DNA of 64,000 bases from an uncultured archaeon (GCA_963734525.1 CAVTHI010000001.1:25637-89636); one strand, 5' to 3'; numbered from the stretch's first letter, positions 39,940 to 49,466 are shown. The notes: generated from the letters alone by a model not told the origin. Numbers and translations: made by a program.

Positions 39940-40332
39940 ATGGGCATGATTCTGGGTCAGTTCAAACCCATGGCGATGAAGCCGCCGGGAGAGGAGGAGA
40001 AGGAGCCTGAGCAGACGCAGAAGGGCACTCAGGACCGCTCGAGCAATTCGGACGATTTCCTCAAGACTCCGGAGGCCAAAGAGTTCATCGGCAGGATGTC
40101 GGAAAAGCTGAAGCAGGGCAATTTCCCGGCAACCAGAAGGGGAATCACAGACATCATGGGGACATTGCACCGCAATTCCAACCTCACCGACAAGGAAGTC
40201 ATGAAAGAGACGGAGAGGATTTTGCTGCGCCTCGGCGGCCTGGACGGCTTCAGCGGGGTGCTTTCCGGCCTGAAAGCGAAGTCCGAAGGCCTGATCAAAG
40301 GGCTGAAAGCGGTCTTCGGCGGCGGGAAATAA
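39940..40332 (+). CDS. hypothetical protein (130 aa)
   Basis: ORF, acidic N-terminus; no domain recognised. Confidence 0.35.
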   Translation: MGMILGQFKPMAMKPPGEEEKEPEQTQKGTQDRSSNSDDFLKTPEAKEFIGRMSEKLKQGNFPATRRGITDIMGTLHRNSNLTDKEVMKETERILLRLGGLDGFSGVLSGLKAKSEGLIKGLKAVFGGGK

Positions 40333-40336
40333 CGCT

Positions 40337-40471
40337 CATGAACGTTGACGAAAGCAGGGCAAGGGAGCTCATACGCGAGGGCACGTGCCCGGTCTGCGGC
40401 ACCAAGCTGAAGCACATCGAAGGATGCGTGGAATGCATCATGTGCGGATGGAGCCAGTGCGGCGAGGCATG
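40337..40471 (+). CDS. small zinc-ribbon protein (44 aa, CPVCG...CVECIMCGWSQCG)
   Basis: short ORF below the 60-aa cutoff of the ORF track; two CxxC pairs. Confidence 0.35.
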
Positions 40472-40566
40472 ACGCCCGCCATCACGGATTTGCGCCTTGG
40501 ATAGAACCTGCGCCGCCGGCATCCGGCGAGGGGCGCCTTTGGCGGTTTTAACGCAAATATACTATT

Positions 40567-41649
40567 TTGGCAACTTTTAAAAACTCGATGACGCTAATCC
40601 GCATCATGCATGCCCGCAGCGACAGGTACCTGGGATACATGGCAAGCGCGGCAGACCGCGGCAGGTTCAGCAACGCCATGAAGGCGGCAGCGGCCCGCGG
40701 CGCCATCATCACGACCCACGACGTGCCTGACTGCGACGGCCTCGGCGCGGCATACGCACTGCAGAGGATACTGTTCAGGAAAGGCGCCATATCGGACATC
40801 GTCACAGGGCCGCATATCCACCTCACCGACCCGCTTGTCGATGCGCTCGGGATATGCACCAAACGCTGGGGCGAGATTCCCCCATCGGACCCGCGGCCGA
40901 TAATAGTCGTGGACACGAACACCCCGGCCCTCCTGAGCGGCATGAACTGCCGCGAGAACCAGCTCCTGATGGTGATAGACCACCACCAGAACGGCCATCT
41001 GGCACTGAAGCCCCTGAACATGATAGAGAACCAGTCTGCGATATCGGCGAGCGAGATAGTCGCGTCCCTCATCGACAGGAGGCTGATAGACCGCCAGAGC
41101 GCCCTCGCGCTGGCCGTCGGGATAGCGGGCGACAGCGAACGCCTGAGCGACGCGGAAATCGGGACGCTGCACATCTTCGAGTCCCTGCTCCGGATTTCCG
41201 GCGCGTCCAAGAAGGCCGTCGACGAGCTGGCCTACCCGGACCTGCCGCCTGGAATGGTCGCGGCCATCCTCGAGGAGATGAAGCACGTCGAAAGCGAGCT
41301 TTACGGAAACAGGGTCATCGCGGTCGCGGCGAGCACGCTCGAAAACCCGGCCATACTCGCGAACGAAATCCGCAACATGAACGCCGCGGTCGTCGCGGTG
41401 CTGAAAGAGCAGGAGGGCGGGTGGCACAAGGCCTCGTTCCGCGTAAGGTTCCGAGAAGCGAGGTCGGGCATACACGCCAATGACATCGCAAGGCGAACGA
41501 GCGAGGCCTGCGGCATGCCGGAGAATATGAGGGGCGGGGGGCACATAGACAAGGCCGGCGCCATGATACACGCCTGTTACCGCGAGATTTCTGACGCGGT
41601 GTTCGCAGCGGCCAGGGAGGCCATAGACGGGGCGGCGGGAAAGCAGTAG
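40567..41649 (+). CDS. DHH-family phosphoesterase (NrnA-like) with DHHA1 domain
   Basis: MVIDHHQ DHH motif, acidic D motifs (HDVPDCDG, VVDTN), C-terminal GGGH. Confidence 0.7.
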   Translation: MATFKNSMTLIRIMHARSDRYLGYMASAADRGRFSNAMKAAAARGAIITTHDVPDCDGLGAAYALQRILFRKGAISDIVTGPHIHLTDPLVDALGICTKRWGEIPPSDPRPIIVVDTNTPALLSGMNCRENQLLMVIDHHQNGHLALKPLNMIENQSAISASEIVASLIDRRLIDRQSALALAVGIAGDSERLSDAEIGTLHIFESLLRISGASKKAVDELAYPDLPPGMVAAILEEMKHVESELYGNRVIAVAASTLENPAILANEIRNMNAAVVAVLKEQEGGWHKASFRVRFREARSGIHANDIARRTSEACGMPENMRGGGHIDKAGAMIHACYREISDAVFAAAREAIDGAAGKQ

Positions 41650-41692
41650 AGTTTTTAAACACGATTCGCCAATCAAGGTTCTATCTTCAATT

Positions 41693-41846
41693 GCCTCGGT
41701 AGCTCAGCCGGTAGAGCGGCTGACTGTTAAGGCTTTTTGACTTCTGTCTTTCTCCGGGCAAAAACCCTGGAAAAAACCCTGAGGATAAAGGAGGTCAATT
41801 CGCCAAAGCAATCAGCAGGCCGGAGGTTCGAATCCTCCCCGGGGCG
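41693..41846 (+). tRNA. tRNA-Asn (anticodon GTT) with 81-nt intron at canonical 37/38 position (~41730-41810)
   Basis: hand-folded: acceptor GCCTCGG/CCGGGGC (one GU), D-arm GCTC AGCCGGTA GAGC, anticodon stem GCTGA/TCAGC interrupted, loop CTGTTA|A, T-arm GGAGG TTCGAAT CCTCC. Confidence 0.75.
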
Positions 41847-41953
41847 TGAAAACATAAGAGAAGCATTAGCCTCGGGGACACGAGAACGATTCGTCGTTCT
41901 CGGAAATCCCCAGGGCGTTTTTCTAATTATAAACACGTCCGGGCCAATAACCG

Positions 41954-42891
41954 ATGGACAAACGCATCTTTGAGGAAAAAATCATGATGAGGGAACTGTC
42001 GCTGGAAGAGGCCAAGCCAATCTGGGACAAATTCGTCCCGGATAAGGTCGTCTGGACCGACGACTGGGACATACGCGTCGCCATCTGCAGGCATTACGGG
42101 TACAAGACCCTGATTCTCTACGACGGGAAAAACTTCTTCCCCCTGATGTTCGACGCCGGACCGGGGGTTCTACGAGATTATCGGCGGGGACAGCGTGGAG
42201 AGGAACTATCTCACGTTCGACCCGGAGTTCATGAAAGAGACCGACGGGATTCCGAAGGACGTGTATTTCGATTTCCTTGTCGAGCGGTTCGACGGATGCC
42301 TGGAGGGGCTCTGCCCGCAGTTTTTCCTGGACCTGACCGGCATTGAGGGCATAGATGACTACCTCAAGCGGTTCTCGAAGAAGCACCGGAAGAATTTCAA
42401 GAATGATTACCGGAAATTCGGCGGATCACGAGTTCCGGAAAGAGGGCTCCCTGGAAGGCATCGCCGAATTCAGCAAGGTGATGTTCGGGGAGAAGTCGGA
42501 CTTCGCATCAGGCGACCGGGGCTGCTATGACATCCTCGACAGGGACCCCCGGACCGAGTATTGGTCGGTAATCAAGGACGGCACCCCCGTGCTCACGACG
42601 CAATACTTCTTCTATGGGAAAACCATGTCGGTCTGCATCTGGGGCGTGGATGAACGATACGGAGATACGCTCAAGGTCGCATTGGTCGAGGCGATAAAGC
42701 TCGCCAAAAGCCGGGGCTGCACCAGGATAGACTATGCCCCGACGTATTCGGGCTGGAAATTCTTCTATCGCCTGGACACCGCGCCGCTGTGGAGGTACAA
42801 GCGGGGCAACATCCCGGATTCGGTCGATGCGGCAGAATACGGGGTACCGGCGGATGAAAAGGAAAGGCTGAAAGCGGAGGGCAGGCTGTAG
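41954..42891 (+). CDS. GNAT-family acetyltransferase, FemAB/CelD-like (BioF2-like), with two +1 frameshifts (~42166, ~42422)
   Basis: three consecutive ORFs (41954.., 42195.., 42355..) join into one ~310-aa protein when one G is removed from ggggg and one from ggcgga. Confidence 0.55.
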
Positions 42892-42931
42892 CCGGGAAAC
42901 GGGATTGCGACGTTTATACCCCAATTTACAG

Positions 42932-43609
42932 TCACCAGACGAACGGAATCAGGCGGTATCGCGTTTTTTTGCAGTAATCCGAATACCCCGGCAGGCCGCG
43001 CCTGAGGACATCCTCTTCGTTCCGGATGCGAAGGGCGAGTATGGGGATGACAAGCAGGAACACCGGCAATGCCAAGTAGGAGCCGAGCGCCAGCGGCGTG
43101 GCGGAATACATGAAGATGACGCCGAGATACATAGGATGCCTGATGACGGAATACGGTCCCGTGGAAATTACTTTCTGCTCCTTCACCACCTCGATTGTGC
43201 GCCCGGCGAAGCTGTTCTCCCGGAAGACAAGGAAGATGAAGAGGTAGCTGAGGAAAACGACCGCGTCCGCTGCCAGAACCAGTTCCGCGGGGACGCTCGA
43301 CCATCCGAAGCGGCGGTCGATGCCCGGAAGCAAAAAGCCGACGATGAAAACGATGCTCGAAAGCTTGATGACCAGCTGCTGTTTCGCCTGTTTCTCCCTG
43401 AATTTTAACCGCCTCACCAAAAACTCCGGGTCGTTCTTCAGGAAATACGCGACCACGAAAGCCGCGGGGATGAAGACCACTGCAAGGTATGCCCACGCCT
43501 GCCAGTAATCCAGGGTGCCCGCGGGCACGAAAAACATGAGGCCGAGCATAAGGAACGCTGCCGGAAACAGCAGCAGCGCCCTTTTCTTGACAGCTTCAGC
43601 GTCCATCAT
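42932..43609 (-). CDS. isoprenylcysteine carboxyl methyltransferase / phospholipid methyltransferase-family membrane protein
   Basis: VISTGPYSVIRHPMYLG motif; multi-TM; start moved to MMDAEAV... to avoid overlap with upstream small gene. Confidence 0.65.
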   Translation of the reverse strand: MMDAEAVKKRALLLFPAAFLMLGLMFFVPAGTLDYWQAWAYLAVVFIPAAFVVAYFLKNDPEFLVRRLKFREKQAKQQLVIKLSSIVFIVGFLLPGIDRRFGWSSVPAELVLAADAVVFLSYLFIFLVFRENSFAGRTIEVVKEQKVISTGPYSVIRHPMYLGVIFMYSATPLALGSYLALPVFLLVIPILALRIRNEEDVLRRGLPGYSDYCKKTRYRLIPFVW

Positions 43610-43643
43610 GCGGATAACCCGTCCGGATAATAAAATATATGCG

Positions 43644-43769
43644 TTAGGAGGATTTCTGCTTTTTCGAGTAATATCCGGGCCAGCAGATTGGGCAGACGGG
43701 GATTTCGCTGCTCTTGTAAAATTCATGGCCTCGGCTGCAAACCGTCGCTTTTCCTTTCCCTTTTTTCAT
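43644..43769 (-). CDS. small zinc-finger protein (41 aa: MKKGKGKATVCSRGHEFYKSSEIPVCPICWPGYYSKKQKSS)
   Basis: short ORF with C-x3-H...C-x2-C arrangement, basic termini; not in the >=60-aa ORF track. Confidence 0.35.
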   Translation of the reverse strand: MKKGKGKATVCSRGHEFYKSSEIPVCPICWPGYYSKKQKSS

Positions 43770-43787
43770 GGAAATCGCATGCAGTCG

Positions 43788-44159
43788 CTATTTCTTCGCC
43801 TTCCGCGCGTTTTTTTTCGCCCGGGCCCTGACCAGCTTTTGGATAAGCGCGGCGGGAAGCTTGTTTTCCAGGGGAAAACGGACAGTCGAAACCGAAGTCC
43901 CGTAGGCTTTCAAAGCACCCTTGTTCTCCGCGATGATTGGGGGAGGGATGTAAAGCCCGATGTGGGTTTTTGCAAGCCTGAAATACGCGAGCCGCCCGTA
44001 AAATCCGTAATAGGGCATCCCGTAGCTGATGCGCTCGTCGGCCCCGGGCGCTGCGGCCTTGATGATTTTCCTAAGCCGGATGAGCTTGGGCCGGGCCTCT
44101 TTTGGGGCTGCGGCAATATATGCGCCCACGGCATCCGAAGTTTTTCCTTTGGTTTTCAT
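43788..44159 (-). CDS. DUF1801-domain protein (YdhG-like)
   Basis: MKTKGKTSDAVGAYIAAAPKEARPKLIRLRKIIKAAAPGADERISYGMPYY pattern typical of DUF1801. Confidence 0.55.
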   Translation of the reverse strand: MKTKGKTSDAVGAYIAAAPKEARPKLIRLRKIIKAAAPGADERISYGMPYYGFYGRLAYFRLAKTHIGLYIPPPIIAENKGALKAYGTSVSTVRFPLENKLPAALIQKLVRARAKKNARKAKK

Positions 44160-44297
44160 GATATCCCAGGGACAACAAATCTCTGAAATTTTATAAATGT
44201 TCAAATGCGCCGGGAAAAACCGCCATGCCAGCCCCTGCCCCGGATTAATTGTGGTAAAAATGTAATAATTAAGAACATTATTGGGCTTAATCAGGGC

Positions 44298-44885
44298 ATG
44301 CGCACAAGCTTATCGAAAAGCGAATTCCTCGCCACAAGGCCCACGGGGGCTAAGGATGTCATACAAAGCCGGCTCGAGGGATGGGACTGCATCGGCTGCG
44401 GCAGGTGCTGCCTGGAGGTGGAAGGAAAATTCTCCATCCGGCTGATGCGGAGCGAAGGTTGCTTCATCGCCTTTTTCAAGGACGCCACCAGGAGGCCGGG
44501 GACGATGCGCGCCATCGCCCAGGACTTCGGGGATTCGACACTGTTCTCCTTCAGGGCTGGGAAGTGCATGTATTTCGACGGGGGGGAGAAGCGCTGCCGG
44601 GCGTACGACGAGAGGCCGGTGGTCTGCCGCGCGTTCCCGTTCGTATTCTCGCTCCAGCACGACATAGCCCTTAGCGCCGCATGCCCGGCGCTCGATGATT
44701 TGCGGCAACGCGGCATCCTGTTCATCTATGCTTCGGATTTCGACCGGCCCGAGATACCGATGCTCGCCCGCGCCGTGCCCCACCTTCAGCAACTCCGGGC
44801 CGGATTCAACAGGGCGTTCCCCCAATTCTCGGTCGAAACGCTTTTCGACGAAGCGAGGGGCGAGCCGTTCTACCCCATACGATAA
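44298..44885 (+). CDS. YkgJ/UPF0153-family putative Fe-S/zinc cluster protein (CxxCxxCC)
   Basis: WDCIGCGRCC motif plus downstream Cys (GKCMYF, RCRAYDERP); start at internal ATG 44298. Confidence 0.55.
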   Translation: MRTSLSKSEFLATRPTGAKDVIQSRLEGWDCIGCGRCCLEVEGKFSIRLMRSEGCFIAFFKDATRRPGTMRAIAQDFGDSTLFSFRAGKCMYFDGGEKRCRAYDERPVVCRAFPFVFSLQHDIALSAACPALDDLRQRGILFIYASDFDRPEIPMLARAVPHLQQLRAGFNRAFPQFSVETLFDEARGEPFYPIR

Positions 44886-44925
44886 GAAACGGGAAACAAG
44901 GGCGGGAGCTTGCCCGGCTGGGGGG

Positions 44926-46188
44926 TCACTCGTATCTCAGGGATTCGATGGGCGAGATTGAGGCCGCGTTCCTCGCAGGGACTATCCCCGCTATGATGCC
45001 CACGATGACCGAGAAAAACAGTCCCATGGCGACCAGCTCCAGCGTGATTGACGAGGGCAGGTCGAACATCGACAGCACTATGGATGCGAAGAAGCTCAGG
45101 CCCACGCCCGCAGCGCCCCCTATGAAGCCGAGCGTCGCCGCCTCGATGAGGAACAAACGCACGATATCTTTGTCTTTCGCCCCGAGCGCCTTGAAGACGC
45201 CGATGGTCTTGGTCTGCTCGAGCACGCTCATGAACATCGTGTTGAGGACTCCAATGCCGCCTACGATGAGCGATATCGAGGCTATGCCGCCAAGGAACAG
45301 CGTCAGCGTGCTTGTAATCGATGACACGGCGGATTGCATGGTTGTCGCCGTCACCACCGAAAAGTCGGCCTCCTCGTCATCGGAAAGCCCGTGGAGGGAC
45401 TTGAGTTCGGATTCCACATCAGCCGCCACCGAGTCGGGGTCATAGCCGTCCTTTGCCACGATGATGAGCTCGCCCGCATCCTCGTCCTCGTCGAAGAGGT
45501 CCTGCGCGGTCTCGATTGGGATGTAGACGCTGCTGTCCTCCCCGCCCATGCCGCCGGATTCGCCCAGGATGCCCACTACCTTGAATGCGACGCCGTTTAT
45601 CTCTATCTGGTTGTTGAGCATTTCTTCTTCCCCGTCCCCGTCGCCATTGAATACGGTATGCGCGACATTGTAGCCGATGACCGCCACGTAGTTGTCGCTG
45701 ACGCCAAGCAGGCGGCCGCTCTCGAGCTCCGTTGTCAATGTCTCCGGGAACGCGTCGGGGTCGGTGCCTATGACGCTAAGCGTGGTGTTCTTGGCCTTGT
45801 AAACGATTATCGCGCGCTCCTCAAGCCGGGCGTCTATGGCGGATATCCCGGAAATCGAACGGAGCTCGTCGGCTTCGTCGAAGGTTATGGACGCGTCATC
45901 GGGCTCTTCCTCCCCGAACGCCCCGCCCGGCGGCGGCCCCCCGCCCCCGCCTGCCAGCCCCATGCCCATCATGCGCCCTGCCCGCGTCGAACCGGCGGTG
46001 ACGGTTATCTGGTCGGCCCCAAGCGAGCTGGTCTGCCTGGTCACGTTCTCCTGCATCCCCATGCTTATCGATATGAGGGTTATTATCGCCGCTACGCCGA
46101 CGACAATGCCCAGAATGGTGAGCCAGCTGCGCAGCTTCTGGTGCATTATGTTCGTAAGGGCGATTTCGATGCTATCTTCGAGTTTCAT
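44926..46188 (-). CDS. ABC transporter permease, MacB/FtsX-like
   Basis: N-terminal TM, large extracytoplasmic domain, C-terminal FtsX 3-TM bundle. Confidence 0.8.
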   Translation of the reverse strand: MKLEDSIEIALTNIMHQKLRSWLTILGIVVGVAAIITLISISMGMQENVTRQTSSLGADQITVTAGSTRAGRMMGMGLAGGGGGPPPGGAFGEEEPDDASITFDEADELRSISGISAIDARLEERAIIVYKAKNTTLSVIGTDPDAFPETLTTELESGRLLGVSDNYVAVIGYNVAHTVFNGDGDGEEEMLNNQIEINGVAFKVVGILGESGGMGGEDSSVYIPIETAQDLFDEDEDAGELIIVAKDGYDPDSVAADVESELKSLHGLSDDEEADFSVVTATTMQSAVSSITSTLTLFLGGIASISLIVGGIGVLNTMFMSVLEQTKTIGVFKALGAKDKDIVRLFLIEAATLGFIGGAAGVGLSFFASIVLSMFDLPSSITLELVAMGLFFSVIVGIIAGIVPARNAASISPIESLRYE

Positions 46189-47809
46189 CCGAGCCCTCCG
46201 GGCCTTTCTTCTTGCCTTTCAGCTTCCTGTACCCGATGTACAGCCCGCCGAGAATGACGAGGCCCATGCCGGCATACAACGGGATGTTTTCCGTGGAACC
46301 GCCGCCCATGGGGCTGCCCGGGCGGCCGTTGAAAGTGCGGTTCCCGGACAACGTTGCGGCGGCTCCGGATGCGCCCCCTGCGTCCGCTGCCGCCGAATCC
46401 CCAATCAGCGCGATGGTTTTCTTCACGGTATGCTCGACATTGTCGTTGTCCTTGAAGACGACCGTCAGCGGGATGCCTGCCGAAGCGCCGGCGGGGACCT
46501 GGCCAAGCGGAGTAACCGTCACCGAATAGCTCGCGTAATCATCGACGCTGAGGGTCCCGATGAATTTCTCTCCCGAGCCGCTTACCCGGTAGTACTGCGT
46601 CGAGTCCGCCCGGACATACAGGGAGCGGACCGCGGTGTTTCCGATGTTGGATATCTTGGCAGTTATCTGGGTGCCATCATCGGCTGGCTCCGTCTCGGAT
46701 GTCAGGAGGATTTCCGGCGTGGCCTGGACCACTATGCCGACCTCGTATGTTTTCTCATCTCCATTGGTCTGCATGGAAATCGGGAGGGTGTAATAGCCCG
46801 ATGTGGACCCGGCATCCACGCCCAGGGTAAGTATTTCCGAGCGGCTTTCGCCCGGGGCGATATTGTCCAGATAGAACGTGTTGACGCCTATCGGGGTGAA
46901 CACGTCGGTTCCGTTGGCCGTGATGACTGCGGACTGCACGCTGCTGCCCCGGTTCTCGATAGTCAGGTTGTAGAGCAATTCCGACCCGATTTCGCTCTTT
47001 GAGACAGGGCTGCAGGTGATGCGGAGCGCAGATGAGGAGCCGGACACCATCACCGGGCCCAGGTATATCGTCTGGGATATCTCGTTCTGGAGGGCATCCT
47101 CGTATGTCAATGTGAGGGGAATGGCATATTTGCCCTCCGCCGCATCCGATGACGAGATCATCTGGACGGTGACATTCCTGCTCGAGTTCGCGTCGATGTC
47201 GCCCACCCTTTTCTGCGTCGTGCCGTCCAGGCTAAACGATGAGTTGTCGGCATTCTTGATGATGACATTCTTCATGATGCCGCCCGTGTTCTCGAGTTCC
47301 AGCGTTGCGGTGAGCGTCTCGCCCTTGCCGATGCTGTTGCTGCTCAATGAGAGCGTCCTGACTTCCAGCACCCCGTGCTGGTTGATTATGATGGGGATTG
47401 TTGACATCGTATGCTTGGAACCGGTCTCGTCCTCGTCCATGTAATAGATGTCGACGTTCACCAGCAATATTCCGCTGTCCACCTTTTCCGGCGCTTCGAA
47501 CGGTATTGTAGTAGTCATTTTGGAATCCGGCCCGATGTCCCCGAGGTAAAGGTTCCAGTTCTGGTCCGAACCGTACGTGTAATATACCACGGTGCCCTTG
47601 GCGGCCTCCGTCCCGGTGTTCGATACCGTGATTTGGAGCTGGCCAGAGGTTCCGGGGTATACGGAGGAAGGGACGATCGTGTAATCAGTCACCTGAAGGA
47701 CCGGGGCGGTCGAATCGACACTGAATGCCGCGGTCGAAAAAACCAATAGTACTGCAACGAATATGTTCAAGTTCTTCATTTCACCACATCCCGAGCGTTG
47801 ATTTTTCAT
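46172..47809 (-). CDS. cell-surface beta-sandwich repeat protein (CARDB/COG1470-like) with C-terminal TM anchor
   Basis: signal peptide, several ~100-aa Ig-like segments rich in T/S/N/G, C-terminal TM plus KGKKKG; co-directional with MacB-like ABC genes. Confidence 0.55.
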   Translation of the reverse strand: MKNQRSGCGEMKNLNIFVAVLLVFSTAAFSVDSTAPVLQVTDYTIVPSSVYPGTSGQLQITVSNTGTEAAKGTVVYYTYGSDQNWNLYLGDIGPDSKMTTTIPFEAPEKVDSGILLVNVDIYYMDEDETGSKHTMSTIPIIINQHGVLEVRTLSLSSNSIGKGETLTATLELENTGGIMKNVIIKNADNSSFSLDGTTQKRVGDIDANSSRNVTVQMISSSDAAEGKYAIPLTLTYEDALQNEISQTIYLGPVMVSGSSSALRITCSPVSKSEIGSELLYNLTIENRGSSVQSAVITANGTDVFTPIGVNTFYLDNIAPGESRSEILTLGVDAGSTSGYYTLPISMQTNGDEKTYEVGIVVQATPEILLTSETEPADDGTQITAKISNIGNTAVRSLYVRADSTQYYRVSGSGEKFIGTLSVDDYASYSVTVTPLGQVPAGASAGIPLTVVFKDNDNVEHTVKKTIALIGDSAAADAGGASGAAATLSGNRTFNGRPGSPMGGGSTENIPLYAGMGLVILGGLYIGYRKLKGKKKGPEGSDETRR

Positions 47810-47818
47810 CGATTTTTT

Positions 47819-48544
47819 TCACTTCTTGAGCTTCAGCTCATGCGCTTCGGCTTTCCTGCCGCTTTGGGCCACGTCCCGCTCGATATTCCCGTCGCGGATG
47901 TGTATCGTCCGTTTCGCGTATTCCGCGACGAGCGGCTCGTGCGTGACTATCACCACCGTTTTCCCGTTGTCTTTCCAGAGGGAATATATGAAGTCCATGA
48001 CGTCCTTGCCGCTCGATGAATCGAGGTTTCCGGTGGGTTCGTCCGCAAGTATGATGTCCGGGTCGGTGGATAGGGCGCGCGCTATCGCTACGCGCTGCTT
48101 CTCGCCGCCGCTGAGCTGGGAAGGGAGGTTGTCCCATTTTGGCAGGAGGTGGACAAGGGACAGCATCTCCCGAACCTTCGATTCCCGCTTCGGGCGGTCC
48201 ATCTCCCGAAGAATCAGGGGAAGCTCCACGTTCTTGGCGACGCTCAGCGTCGGGGCCAGGTTGAATGACTGGAAGACGAAGCCGATTTTCTCGTTCCGGA
48301 TTATGGCGAGCCCGTCCCGGTCCATCCCGGACATCGCCTTGCCTGCGATAAGGACTTCGCCGCTCGTCGGCTTGTCCAGGAAGCCGAGGAAGTGGAGCAT
48401 TGTGCTCTTGCCCGAACCGGACGGGCCCATGATTGAGACGAATTCCCCTTCCTCGATGCTGAGGCTGACCCCCCGGAGGGCCTTGAAGCTGGTCTTTCCG
48501 GTCCTGTATTCCTTGACCACATCGCGCAGTTCGAGCATTGCCAT
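47819..48544 (-). CDS. ABC transporter ATP-binding protein (MacB/LolD-like)
   Basis: Walker A GPSGSGKST, signature LSGGEKQR, Walker B ILADEPTGNLD. Confidence 0.85.
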   Translation of the reverse strand: MAMLELRDVVKEYRTGKTSFKALRGVSLSIEEGEFVSIMGPSGSGKSTMLHFLGFLDKPTSGEVLIAGKAMSGMDRDGLAIIRNEKIGFVFQSFNLAPTLSVAKNVELPLILREMDRPKRESKVREMLSLVHLLPKWDNLPSQLSGGEKQRVAIARALSTDPDIILADEPTGNLDSSSGKDVMDFIYSLWKDNGKTVVIVTHEPLVAEYAKRTIHIRDGNIERDVAQSGRKAEAHELKLKK

Positions 48545-48771
48545 GCGTCAGACCTGTTTTCTCGCTGGAAGGGCCCCAGCACAAGCCCCCCGCACCGCTA
48601 TTGCCGGCACGGCGGGCCCCGGAACGGCTGCGGCGCGGCGAGGGTGAGCGGGGGCTGGCCTATGAGACTGGTCCCGATTGAATCGGGCGAAAGGCCGCCC
48701 CCACTCTGTCCTGGCCGGGGATTGCGCGTCCGATGCCATAACGGATGCGCGGCATCCCCGCGGACAAGCCA

Positions 48772-49392
48772 TCAGGAAACCACCGAAGAGTTCGTCATCC
48801 ACCCCCCGGGCCCAGGAATCGGAGGCCTGCCGAAGCGCCGCGGGCCGAACGCATGGCCGGAATCCTTGAAGGATTCGAAGGCGCTGCGCAGGTCTTCGAG
48901 CGAGGACAGCGCCGTCGCGTAATCCCCGGAGGATATCGAGTCCCGTATTTCGTCCATGAAGGTGATGATGCCTCCCGCACGGCCCGCCGCTCCCCTGCCG
49001 GTTCCATCCTCCGGTTTCTCTGGGAGGGAGCAGTATTCTTCCCTCAGCGACTTCACGGTCTCGAAGTCCTTGTCAGCCAGAGCCTGTGCGAACTGCCCGC
49101 GGACGTCGTCCGTGATATTCTCATTGGGACAAAGGACGCCAGCCCTTCCGAAGCGGGCATTGGCCCCGAACCCGCACGGGGGCATGCGTTCACGGAGAGG
49201 GCAGTATTCGCCCATAAGCGCCTTCAGGGCGGCCGTGTCATTATCGGCCCTCGCCTGGGCAATCTGTTCCCGGACATCGTCCGTCAGGTTAGCGCCGGGG
49301 CATGCCGGGAATCCCTGGGCGAACACCGTTCCGGAGAACAGCAAAACGAGTGCAATTCCGAACAACGATTTTGTTCCATCCAATCCAATCAC
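48772..49392 (-). CDS. secreted protein with three ~40-aa internal repeats
   Basis: signal peptide; repeats CPGANLTDDVREQIAQARADNDTAALKALMGEYCPL / CPNENITDDVRGQFAQALADKDFETVKSLREEYCSL / third degenerate copy. Confidence 0.5.
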   Translation of the reverse strand: MIGLDGTKSLFGIALVLLFSGTVFAQGFPACPGANLTDDVREQIAQARADNDTAALKALMGEYCPLRERMPPCGFGANARFGRAGVLCPNENITDDVRGQFAQALADKDFETVKSLREEYCSLPEKPEDGTGRGAAGRAGGIITFMDEIRDSISSGDYATALSSLEDLRSAFESFKDSGHAFGPRRFGRPPIPGPGGWMTNSSVVS

Positions 49393-49466
49393 CGGATTGG
49401 ACCGGGAACGGTTTTTTTATTTATAGATTTACCGAAATAACCCCCAAATTACGCCGCAATATGCCC

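Noticed and set aside
535-40170. Many long ORFs in the six-frame track lying antisense to or out of frame with confidently assigned genes (e.g. 535..801, 582..893, 1856..2290, 3820..4398, 5266..5895, 7400..8134, 8086..9453, 9935..10690, 16251..16706, 17444..18322, 18776..19729, 21219..22517, 36209..37240, 38563..40170, 40594..41676, 56199..57431, 59968..60702, 62487..63284)
   Set aside because: GC-rich DNA yields long stop-free shadow frames; their translations are Arg/Pro/Gly-rich low-complexity sequences with no motifs, whereas the opposite or alternate frame carries recognisable domains
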